A stretch of DNA of 64,000 nucleotides, taken from Hemiscyllium ocellatum (lineage: Eukaryota). Both the position numbers and the translations under genes were made by a program. Within the stretch, counting starts at the first letter, position 1, and each line of letters begins with the position of its first letter. Below, one piece after another: positions 50,594 through 61,189 of this stretch. The notes below the pieces were generated by a model, which was not told where the DNA came from, ran no database searches, and worked only from the letters and a program-made list of their open reading frames with translations. The stretch spans positions 26,721,231-26,785,230 of the forward strand of contig NC_083435.1 in NCBI RefSeq assembly GCF_020745735.1. Direction: 5' to 3'.

Positions 50594-50975
50594 TGTAGCT
50601 AACTTAGTATTGTAATGCATGCACAGGTTCATATTACAGAACTCCAATAACAGATAATGGTATTGCACTGTGATAAGCTAGTTAAATCGCTGATAGACGA
50701 ACTATTACAGAAGAGGATGATGATGTAATATGATTGGTTCACTACATTGCACTTAACCTATGAGGCAGAAGATGATTAGGTTACGAAGAGAAAGCAAGCC
50801 ACTTTGATTGGGTATGTTAATATTATCATAAGCGAGGGGACCTAAGATTGTATAAACTGTAGAGAAACGAAGGTCTCGTGGGCAGGCAGGGAAGACATTT
50901 TCTTTGATGTTGCAAGATTAAAGTTTAATTTTGTGAAGGATTTTCTGCATCTCCTTGTAACTTTTTTTTTATACA
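50594..50975 (+). mobile_element. Solo-LTR-like element in the putative 3' UTR of gene B (antisense)
   Basis: TG..CA termini, TATAAA at about 50850, ATTAAA at about 50918; absent in gene A; no clean TSD. Confidence 0.5.
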
Positions 50976-51153
50976 GAATATTGAATGATTCTTCCACAAT
51001 AAAGGCCAGTCCAAAAACTTGGTGTTGAACAGTGTGAGCTGATATCCAATGAACTCACACAGAGTCCACCCTTCAGATTTGTACAGTTAACATCAGTTCC
51101 AGTCTTCCAGCTTGAATGAGGTGTTCCCAGTAATGGTCAATAGTATTCATAAA

Positions 51154-51197
51154 TCAGATTCGAGCAAATGTGGCTGTGGACTTTTTTCCATCAGAAG
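51154..51197 (-). CDS. MHC class I-like gene B, last cytoplasmic exon (A-SDGKKSTATFARI*)
   Basis: Acceptor CTCTTTCCATGAACAG homologous to gene A, phase 1, stop TGA at 51156-51154. Confidence 0.8.
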
Positions 51198-51460
51198 CTG
51201 TTCATGGAAAGAGAAGCATTTAAAATCTGTTGGGGGGGGGGGGGGGGTGGTGGGTGAGGAGAGGAGTGAGTGAGTGAGTGAGTGAGAGAGAGAGATGTAA
51301 ACATTAGAGACAACAGATAGACAGAAGAGCAAGGAGAAATTCATTGAGAGCATCAAAGACAGGGAGAGACATAAAAGAGGACAGAAACAAACTATTGTAT
51401 GTATCCGACCCAGAAAGAAGACTCAGAGTCACAGTACTATAGAGATCCAGAGATGTCTGA

Positions 51461-51480
51461 GTCATTCTTCATTCCCCGTA
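51461..51480 (-). pseudogene. Remnant of cytoplasmic exon 1 of gene B (about 30 bp deleted, acceptor AG lost)
   Basis: Flanks align to gene A 21500-21600; only ATTCTTCATTCCCC survives of the exon. Confidence 0.8.
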
Positions 51481-51853
51481 AAACAAGGAATGTTTTCAGC
51501 AATTGACAAGAAACTGAGTCAGAGTTGAGGTGGGAACAACAAAAGAAAGGGAGAGATTGACATGAACCCACTTGAGGCCCACACTTCTGTCAATGACCCG
51601 TGATCCTGACTCCCACACATTTCATGACCCCTACTCCCATACAGACTATGCCCATCATTCTCAAGTTGCACTGAGCTGTTGATGCCCAACGCTGAACTGA
51701 GATCCAGCCACTGTCTGAACCGTCTGACTTTTCACTCAAAACATCAGAACCTGAACCCGGAGACCCTCCACCTTACCCTGAGGAATAGGCACCACCTCAG
51801 ACCCTCCTGCACAAACTGAGGCCGTCTTCCACAGCCTGAGCCATTGCTAACGG

Positions 51854-52517
51854 TGAGAAACGAAAGTCACTCGCTTCAATAATTCCAGTCCGAGACAAGA
51901 TCTGAAGCAATCAGTATGTTTATTATACGTTTGCAAACGTGGTGCCTAAAATAGACACTCCGAGTTTAGCAAGTACATATTTTATATAGGATTCACCACT
52001 CCAAACCCGGTGCCCATTACTATTGTTTATCTCCTACCTTATCCGGCTTTGTGCATAACAAAGTACTAGTTTTACTTGGCCATTTCACCATATCCTGCTG
52101 TGGTCCATTGTTAGGTATATCCTCCTTCACTGCCATCTATTTCCCCTACTTGTGACATTTCCTCCCATTCCTCAACCGTATTGAACCTTATGACCTTTTA
52201 ATTGGAGCTTGTTTTTTTGTTTTTGCAGAAGTGGGAAACAGGTGCTTATAACTACTGTTTGTACAAGCATATCTGGCTTAACCTACATCCTCACAGTACC
52301 TTATCTAATTGTCTGTAACATCTACCACTGTTAGCAGGCACTTTTCATTCTTGTATGCACATCTTAGCTGATACAAAAACAATTATATATTTCCTTCACA
52401 GTTTTCATTCTTATTGACTCAGCTCTTGGTTGAAACAATTTTACACTGGTGTGAGTTCATTTACCTTGCATAATAATTATGACTGCAGAAGTAACACTAC
52501 TTTACCTTTATCCCACA
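51854..52517 (-). mobile_element. Solo LTR (664 bp) in gene B intron 5, sense to the gene
   Basis: TG..CA termini; minus-strand TATATAAAA at 51989-51981 and AATAAA at 51924-51919; CTAAC duplicated at 51847-51851 and 52518-52522 with a 2-bp offset; absent in gene A. Confidence 0.8.
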
Positions 52518-52675
52518 CTAACCCTGAGATCGACTCCCAAAGATGAAGGTTACTCCCTCACCCGCAGAACATCCACACACCCTGGGCCCTGAACCCCACC
52601 ATGGGAACCGCTCCTCAGATTCTCCAATTCCCTGAACCGCTAGTGAGGAGATACCATTTTCTCACAAACTCTTAC

Positions 52676-52780
52676 CTTTCTTCTTGTGAAAGATGATACC
52701 CACAACAGAGAGAGAGATGATCCCGAGGACTCCAAATACAATCCCGACAGTAGCAAGAACCTGGAAGTGAGACTTTGGGA
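52676..52780 (-). CDS. Gene B transmembrane exon (V-PKSHFQVLATVGIVFGVLGIISLSVVGIIFHKKK)
   Basis: 105 bp, canonical splice sites, homologous to gene A. Confidence 0.94.
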
Positions 52781-53647
52781 CTGTCAGAGAGATTGAGAGA
52801 GAGAGAGAACGAGAGAGTTAGACAGAGAGTGAGCCTGATAGCGAGAGAGTAAGAGAGAGAGAGAGCACAGTTGAAAGCAGACTGCATTAGTGTTTATTCT
52901 CCATGTAAAACTCCTCCCAGCCTTTCTCATCAAAAAATCTCTCATTGTCGCCATCTATTTCCTGTGACTGTCCTCTAAATGCACATCTACCATGGCCTGT
53001 GGCTGTGAGTTACACATTTATCACTCTTCACCCAAATAGGTTTCTTTGAAATTTAATATTCGATTCTCCAGTGACTGTTTTATACTGATAGCTTCTAGTT
53101 ATGATCTTCCATACTAGACAAATCATCCTGCTTCTTTTCAGTCTTTCAAAACATTGCAAATTTACCTGGGTCTCTAGAAGTATACTCCTCAGGCTCCGTT
53201 GCTGAAGAGAGAAGAGACTCAGCCTGATGATGCTTTCCTGGTACATACTCATTTTTGATATTGTCATCGTAAATCCTCTTTGCATCCTTTCCAGTGCCTC
53301 AATAAGCACTATAGCACATTATGACCTTAACTGTGGTCTCATCACATTTCAAGAGATTCAGTGTCACCTACAAAATCTTTAATTCTCTCCCTAACAGAGA
53401 AGTTAACCGTTTGTTTTGATCACTGGCCTTGCTAAACTGTGCAAAAGCATTTAGTAAACAGTGTGTTTGCACTTCAAGATCCTTTTGTTCCTCCAGTTTA
53501 TTTGCAAGGAACTAGTTCATTCTAATATTTATTCATATTTTCTGGTAATTTTGTTGCAGTTATTCTGAGCTTTGTCCAGCTCCCAATTTGGTGTGATCTG
53601 CACATTTAGGAATTGTGTTTTACTCACCAGAATCACTGACTGATTAG

Positions 53648-53831
53648 GAGAATCGACGTTTCGGGCATAAGCCCTTCTTCAGGAATGATGTCTGTGCCAG
53701 ATTCCTGAAGAAGGGCTTATGCCCGAAACGTCGATTCTCCTGCTCCTTGGATGCTGCCTGACCTGCTGAGCTTTTCCAGCAACATGTTTTTCAGCTCTGA
53801 TCGCCAGCATCTGCAGTCCTCACTTTCTCCT
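53648..53831. mobile_element. Penelope-derived fold-back element in gene B intron 4, 14-bp TSD
   Basis: Perfect 39-bp arms 53648-53686 and 53701-53739; TSD CA(C/T)TGACTGATTAG at 53634-53647 and 53832-53845; empty site present in gene A at about 23242-23255. Confidence 0.93.
53701..53739 (+). ncRNA. Minimal hammerhead ribozyme motif; mirror copy on the minus strand at 53648-53686
   Basis: ATTC-CTGAAGA-A-GGGC-TTAT-GCCC-GAAA-CG-TC-GATT. Confidence 0.7.
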
Positions 53832-54559
53832 CATTGACTGATTAGATTATTTCACTATGCAGACTTGACCAGACTGTTTAGTGTATGTGCCTCCTCTGAG
53901 ATTTTTCAATCTCCTGTCTCCTCTACCCAACGGCTGTCTTAGAATATCTGAAACTTCCTGTCTTGACTTCTTGAGACTGCCTGGTGTTGCTGTTTACAAT
54001 AAAAAAAAAGGAAATTTAATTCTAAACTCCATTTCCAAAGAAAAAATATTCAAGTTGATTGTCATTCTACTGACTTTTCCCAGTGAGTTATTAGTGTTCT
54101 TTCAGAGAGCCAGTGAAGACACAGGGGGCTAAAGAACCTCCTGTGCACCATAACCATCATGGGATTTCATGATTCAAAAGTCCACATCATTCTTGTAAAT
54201 TGTGACTGGCAGTGTGTCTATCACGAGTCCTTCTAGAATATTAATTCCTGCATTTTGACATCCAGCTATCCTTTATTCCCTATTCTGCTTCTTAACTTGA
54301 AGCCACCTAACAAATCAATTTTACTATATTTCCCCTCTCTCTAAACTTCATAATTCCTTCATGACCTGGATACATTAAAATTAAGATATATTAATAATGG
54401 CTGATGGAAAAAACTCAAAGGAGGCACAGACATCAAACTGTCTGGTTAAGTGTGCTGCAGTGGAGTAGTCTAATCAGTCAGCGATTTTGGCGAACAGAGC
54501 ACAATTCCTGAATATATTACATTCTATTAAAGATAAATTATATCAAAATTAGGGTGATC

Positions 54560-55085
54560 AGATTTAGGATTAGGTAAAGAAGTTCTTCTTCAATTCAAAG
54601 GGTCATGAATCTATGGAATTCCCTGCCCAGTGAAGTAGTTCAGGCTTCCTCAGTAAAAACTTTTAAAGCTAAAATAGACAATTTTTTGAACAGCAAAGGA
54701 ATGAAGGGTTACTTTGAGAGGTGGGTAAGTGGAGCTGGGGCCACAGAAAAACCAGCAATGATCATATCGAATGGCGCAGCAGAGCCAGATGGCCTACTCC
54801 TGCTCTTAGTTCTTATGTTCTATATCTACAATACTGCCACAGTGAACTCTGGTACTTCATAATGAACTCAACAAAGTGGAGAGTGTGGTGCTGGAAAGAC
54901 ACAGCAGGTCAGGCAGCATCCTAGGATCAGGAGAATCGAAGTTGCGGGCATAAGCCCTTCATTAGGAATGAGGCTTGTGTGCCAGGGCCGGGGCAGGGGC
55001 ATGGGGGAGGCTTGGCTAAGAGATAAATGCGAGAAGGTGGTGAGGTTGGGGGGCGGATGGTAGTGGAGAATCACCCCCTCCTTCA
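54560..55085. mobile_element. CR1 3' end (+) followed by a decayed Penelope pseudo-LTR fragment
   Basis: MNLWNSLPSEVV..FKAKID; GTGGTGCTGGAAAG..GGGCATAAGCCCTTCAT. Confidence 0.75.
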
Positions 55086-55699
55086 ACGAAGTTGGTCAAC
55101 CAAGATAATCCCTCTCAAAATCTATGCTGAATGTTCCTTATTGCGCATTGAAATCAGAAACAGAAAAACATTTTGAAACAACATTAAATAGACCGGGCAA
55201 TCAATCCATGATACACTGGACATAGCCATATAGTAATATGTTAGGATACGTGAGGTCCTGTTGGACATGAATATCCTAGGATTCAATGCACTGTCTCTAA
55301 CAAACTATCTTAGGATATTTTTCTTTATTTTTTATAATTCATTCATGCGGTGTGGTCATTACTGACTGGGTCAGCATTTATTGCTCATGCCCAGTTGCCA
55401 CTGAGAAGGTGGTGGTGCTCTACCTTCTGGAACTACTGCAGGTAGACCTATAACTTTCTCGCAAAGGGAGTTTTTTTGACCCAGCGACACTGAATGAATG
55501 ACGATATATTTGCAAGGCAGGACGGTGAACAGCTTGGAAGAGAACTTACAGGGAATTCCTTCTCTCTGATAGGTGGAAGTGGTTACAGGTTTGGAAGGGT
55601 CTGTCCAAGGAGCTTTGATGAATGTGGTGAAGAGAGGATACAACAGGTTCTATCACACCATAATTATTTTGGCCCATCACATCTACACTTTATCTTTGA

Positions 55700-55972
55700 A
55701 GCGCATCCTATCCTCACCTATCCTAACCCCATAGTGCCACAACCCCATATTAACCATGGCTAATCCAACTAGCTTGCATATTTGTGGACACGAGATGGCA
55801 ATTTAGCATGGTCAATCCTTCTAACTTGCACATCATTGGACTGTGGGAGGAAAGTGGAGCACCATGCAGAAACGCATGCAGACATGGGTTTCTGAGCTCC
55901 ACAAACAGTCACCCAAGGGCAGAATCGAACATGGGTTCTTGGCACCGTGAGTCAGTGGTGCTAACCACTTTG
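55700..55972 (-). mobile_element. Older HE1-like SINE
   Basis: Degenerate reverse complement of consensus. Confidence 0.75.
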
Positions 55973-56389
55973 TGACTGTCACTCAAAAGTGACATACAAT
56001 GTACCATATACTCTAATACGGTAATATTCCTAGATATGCCAGGTGCTGGAATGGCATTTGTTTCAGGATACATTGGGTGTCATGATACTGTATATCCCCA
56101 GATACAGTGAGTGACTGCAGCACATCAGATCCTATCATTCTGTTATATCCCAGCATATATACAATGCTTTTGAACTCTAATATACCAAGGTACACTGATA
56201 CATGTTGTACTGTACTTCCCAGGAACGATTGCCTTGATTACTGTTTCCTATAAATGATGTGAGCTTCTTTCTATATATTGTTACTGTTTCTAACCTGGGC
56301 TGTTCTGGTAAAAAAGCTCAGCACTCACCTTCCCTCCTAAGATCCTGGTCTGAGTCTGATTTCTCTCTGACAGTGAGAAATAGTCTTAC

Positions 56390-56653
56390 CATAAATCACC
56401 ACCAGCGTCTCTTCCAGCCCGCTGTGCTCCACCTGACAAGAATACTCGGCGTGATCTTCTGGATCAAACTCCACCCACTTCCGGATCTGGTAGGTCCCGT
56501 TGTGATTAGGTAAGATCCCAGTGGACAGGGTCTCATCGATCAACATTCCATCCCTCCGCAGAGTCACCTCAATGGCTTGTGGGTAAAACCCAGTGACGAG
56601 ACAGGACAGCCGGTTGGAATCACTCAGACGGATAAAGGACACGATGGGAGCAA
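56390..56653 (-). CDS. Gene B alpha3 (C1-Ig) exon
   Basis: 264 bp; LSCLVTGFYPQAIEVTLRRD..PNHNGTYQ..EYSCQVEHSGL; about 85% aa identity to gene A by hand count. Confidence 0.97.
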
Positions 56654-56783
56654 CTGCGGGAAAAGGGAAGACGAATCAGTGCAGGAACCACAATGTACAA
56701 AGTCCCAGGCACCACACCTTCCACCAATTCTCACTCCCTTCTCACACACCAACCCCCACTGCATAGGCTTCCCCCACACTCAC

Positions 56784-57056
56784 CCATTGTCAGTTCTCTC
56801 TGTCCATACTCTAGGTATTTCCTCAGCCATTCAATACACTCCACTTCCAGGTAATGCTTCCATCGCTGATTGTCCACTACATCTTGATCCCAACTGTTTT
56901 TGATGCTTTCTGCCCAGGGGACCGGAGTCACCCACACCATAAGATCCTTATCAAAGCTGATATAATCTCGTCCATCCCATCCATATTGGTTGAACCCACT
57001 CACAGTTTCATCATTCCTCAGGTCACAGCCAGTCATCATCTGGTGTGTGTGGACTC
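56784..57056 (-). CDS. Gene B alpha2 exon
   Basis: 273 bp; GVHTHQMMTGCDL..FNQYGWDGRDY..KNSWDQ..YLEVECIEWLRKYLEYG. Confidence 0.97.
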
Positions 57057-57268
57057 CTGCCAATCAGAAACACAAGCTGTAAGTCAGAAACGGTCATCCT
57101 TGTCAATCAGAAGCATACGTTGCCATAAAGTGTCAGTGGGAGGTCCCACCAACCAGAGCTAATCAGGGCTGGTGACAGATCCTGATCCACTCCTGGTTTC
57201 TCCAGATTTCCACTGACATTTCCTGATCACACAAGATGATGTTGAGCTGGTGGAGAGGGAAAACTCAC

Positions 57269-57529
57269 CGTCTGTTTGGTTGGTCTTTACTTTTAAGTTA
57301 TGAATAACATGTTTGAAGGCCAGCTCCTGCTCCCGAGCAAGGAATAGCTTCCGCTTCCAGGCCTCAGGTCCCTCGCTCTCCACCATCCACTGTTCCCGGG
57401 GGATCAACTTCTTCTGATCGCTGTCGTACTTAACAAACTGGATGCCATCAACATAACCAACAATCAAAAACTCTGGGAAACTGTTTACCGGAGTCAAGCC
57501 AGTGATAACATACCGGAGAGAGTGAATGT
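57269..57529 (-). CDS. Gene B alpha1 exon
   Basis: 261 bp; DIHSLRYVITGLTP..GYVDGIQFVKYDSD..EGPEAWKRK..KTNQTD. Confidence 0.97.
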
Positions 57530-57959
57530 CTGAAAGAGAGACAGAGAGAGAAAAAAAAACATCAGAACATGAATCGCTAAACACCAATTACAAAACTCCA
57601 ATTGAACACTTAGGTTGACTTCTTCTAACACTCAACATCTGTGTTTGTAAAGCCCAGGATCCCATCTGCCACTTTAAGCACTCTCTGAATTTGTCCTCAC
57701 TCCCCAACCTGCAATGATGTTTACAGTCCCAATGTCTACTCCTGCATGGGGTTTAAACCCCATTTCACCCCGCCCCCCCCTCACTCTTTCTGCCAAAATA
57801 TATACCTTTGCATGTTTCCAAACTCCATCAACTCCGTACTGGCCTTTTCTACCAACATTTCTGTGTATGCTCTTTCAGCTCACCTGAAGGTCAGAGGCCA
57901 AGCCACGAGAGTCATGAATTTGAAAAGTTCCTTCCATGTTGAACAGAAGGCAACAAGAT

Positions 57960-58190
57960 AGAACATAGAAGTATACAGTACAGGAACAGGCCCTTCGGCC
58001 CACAATGTTGGACCAAACCCAATGCCAAATTAAACTAATTTCTTCTACCTGCCATTGGTTGATGTTCTTGCATATTTACATGGTTACCTAAAAGTCTCTT
58101 AAATGCCCCTATTATATCTGCTTCCACCACCACCCATGGTAGTGCATTCCAGACACCTACCATTCTCTGTGTTTAAAAAAAACTGCCCCT
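57960..58190 (-). mobile_element. CR1 3' end fragment
   Basis: GAACATAGAA tail and ACAGGCCCTTCGGCCCAC. Confidence 0.8.
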
Positions 58191-58699
58191 CAGTTTTTAC
58201 AATGGATAGTGTTGGGAAACAAGTTAAAAATATTTGTTTACTGTGTGTTTAGAGATCTATTTGTCTTCTATCTTGAGATATTGTTTCGTAGTTAAGTGTT
58301 GTTAAAGAAGAGTCATAGCCTCTGTGAATTCGTCTCAGTGATAATCATTGCATTAACTGCATAAGACCAGGAGACAATGAGCTACCATGCCAAATTTCAT
58401 TCTGAGATTTGACGTGTCAGTAGTACATTAATTTAGGATCACGATAACGGTTTCATGAGTGAGGTAGAGAGAGAGCGTGTGCGCAGGAGAGGAGAGCATC
58501 AATCAAACCCACAACAAATGGATCAGATTGAAGCTCTGTAACCTGGTTTCATCCAGTTGTGGCAGTTGACAATTAAACAGCAATCAAGAGGATGAGGCTG
58601 CATTAATACCTCCATGGTCATTGTTGGAAACAGCCAGCACAAAGACAAATCTTGAGCGTGTGCAATTTCTTTCAGCCGGAACGGTCAAGCAAATGATCT

Positions 58700-59460
58700 G
58701 TCACAGCCTGTTGCTATGGTCCCCAACATTACAGATTCGAATCTTCAGCCAATTCCATCCAATCCACGTGATATAAACAAATGGCTGAAGACACTGGATG
58801 CTCCAAAGGCTATGGACTCTGACAACATTCCAGCATTTGTACTAAAGACTTGTGCTCCTGAATTAACTGCATCCTTATCAATTTGCCCTCATACAACAAC
58901 AACAACACTTGCACCTACCCAGTAATGTGAAAAATTGCTCAGATAAGTTCTGTGCACAAAAATGTCAGTTTGTATTTTGCCAGTACCACTTAGCTCCTCA
59001 TCTCATTACAGCTTTAGTTCAAATATAGGGACAAAATTCTGGAGGTGAAGTGAAACTGATGGCTGTTGATGTCAAGGCTACATTTAACTGAGTGTGGCAT
59101 CAAGGAGCCCAGGTAATATTAGAGACAATTGGACTCAGGGAAAATCTCTTCACTGGTTGGGGTCATACCTCATTCAAAAAGAAGGTGGCAGTAGTTACTG
59201 GAGGTTAATCGCCTCAGTTCCAGGACATTACTGCAGTGGTTCCTCATTTTCCAGACCGAGCCATCTTCAGTTGCTTCAACAAAAGGCCAGTTGTGAGGAT
59301 GTTGTCTGATGATTGTACAAGGGTCAAGCCCATTCACAACTCCCCAGATACTGAGGTCTTGCTGCATTTGTACATAGACTGCATATGTAACATTCAGGTT
59401 TGGGCAGATAAGTGGCAAATAACATTTAGACTGCATATTCACCAGCATCTATAACCTTGT
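58700..59460 (+). mobile_element. LINE RT fragment (second family)
   Basis: KWLKTLDAPKAMDSDNIPAFVLKTCAPEL; DVKATFN.VWHQG; WADKWQITF. Confidence 0.8.
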
Positions 59461-60667
59461 GAAATATTGTATTATAGGTTATCTTTATTAAGTCACTCAC
59501 CAACTTGCAATATTCATTAATACCAGGTTTTTGTTCATTCATTATGCTTTATTCACCCATTATTTACTATAACACGATTTCATTCATTCATAAACCCATA
59601 GTTCTGCAGTATATTTTAACAAGATCAACCAAATTAAAACAACCCTTTCTAATTAGAACAGCCCTTTCAAGTATTTCTGTTTCTTTACACTTTCAATTCT
59701 TATCAGCATTTGCTGCAAGTAGTGTTTAGACTTATTTAACTCCGAATAAACATCAAAGACTACTACTCAGAACAATATCATCCTTGCCCTACCTGAAACT
59801 ATGTAAAGATTATAAAACTGTCTCTCAGACCTGAACAGATTGCAGAACACTAAACATTTTCCCCAATTAGTATGTACTTGTTGAATACCTTTCATCAGAG
59901 CCACCATATCTTAACTGAGAGAAAACATTGTGCTTCCATGAAATTACATGAATAAACAAAACTCAGTAAGTATAGTAAACAAATCTCACAACCCAGCCGC
60001 AGTAATCAGTTTAATATCTATTCTTTTACTAAATGCACGTACAATTTCTAACTTATTTAGAGCATATAGGCCTTGTATTTGTTCTTAACATTTACTAACT
60101 TAAAAGACAAAAAGACTAACACTTAATTATTCAAGCAGACCAGACAGACACACTTGATCTTATTAGGAGTGAGAGCCAGCATTTAGCACATGTTTTAGCT
60201 CATCTTCTGCCTCCCGGGATAGAAGCCACTCAAACCTTTGTCTACTATAGATAAAACAATCTATAGCATAAGAAAAATGATGTAATGGAAGTTTGAGGAG
60301 ACATTTTCAAACATATTATTCCAGCGCTAGCAAAACAAAAGGCAAGCTAACATTTCGAGATGACTTTCTCTCCATGGGTACTGCCCGACCTCCTGTGATC
60401 TCCAGCATTTGTTGTTTTCAACACAGATTCCAGCTCCTTCAAAGTCTCTTTAGAATGCAAGTTCACAATTGTTCTCTTTTTAAAATCAAAAACATGTTAA
60501 AAGATGAAGTCAGATACCAAGTAAACCATTCCAACAGTAACAGGTTCCAGGGTTAAGGCTCAGTACCTAGCCTAGCAGTGCCCCCCACCCCCATTACACA
60601 TTGCCTGACTAATGCCCCAGTATCCAACCCGCCCGGTACCGCCTCCCTCATACCCCGCACTACTCAC

Positions 60668-60716
60668 CTGCAGAGAGCTCTCCCCACAGAAGTCCCAGCA
60701 CTATTAATCCAATCAT
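60668..60716 (-). CDS. Gene B leader exon MIGLIVLGLLWGELSA
   Basis: 49 bp, phase-1 donor GTGAGT; joins alpha1 as ..LSA-DIHSLRY. Confidence 0.92.
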
Positions 60717-60842
60717 CGTGACTTCAGTTGACAGTCTGGGAGGAAAAATGAATGAGAAACCATTTTCCAGTGGACTGTCTCAGTTTGTTCGTTGTGTCCT
60801 GGACTTCTGTGTTTTGTTCCTGTTCACCCAGCTACGTTCACA

Positions 60843-60987
60843 CTGATTGGAAGCAAATATCATTCACCCAATCAGAATAAAAAGACTCCGAAAGTCATCA
60901 GGCTCCGGTAGGATTGGCTTCACACAGGTTTAAAAAAACCCTTCCAAGTTTCGGAAGCTTGCCAATCAGATAAACACTTTCACTTTC
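60843..60987 (-). promoter_or_regulatory. Gene B promoter: inverted CCAAT pair, third CCAAT, and ISRE/IRF site
   Basis: CTGATTGG 60843-60850, CCAATCAG 60868-60875, CCAATCAG at 60962; ACTTTCACTTTC 60976-60987 (= GAAAGTGAAAGT). Confidence 0.8.
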
Positions 60988-61189
60988 AACTCATTTCCTG
61001 TAAATCGAACTGAACTCCAAGTCATATAATTGAAAAGCCTAAGGCAAAAGAGGAGACCATTCAACCCTCCAGAAGTTGCTACATCATTCATCGAGACAAT
61101 GCTGATCTTAACTCCAGTTTCATCTCCTTCAAAAGCCAAAATTAATAAATCGGTCTTCGACTCCAAAATTTCAATTGGTCAAGATTCAC

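Noticed and set aside
51147-51356. ORF-track frame LLMEKSPQPHLLESDL as the gene B tail (dileucine motif)
   Set aside because: Wrong phase; the TM donor is phase 1, which gives ASDGKKSTATFARI*.
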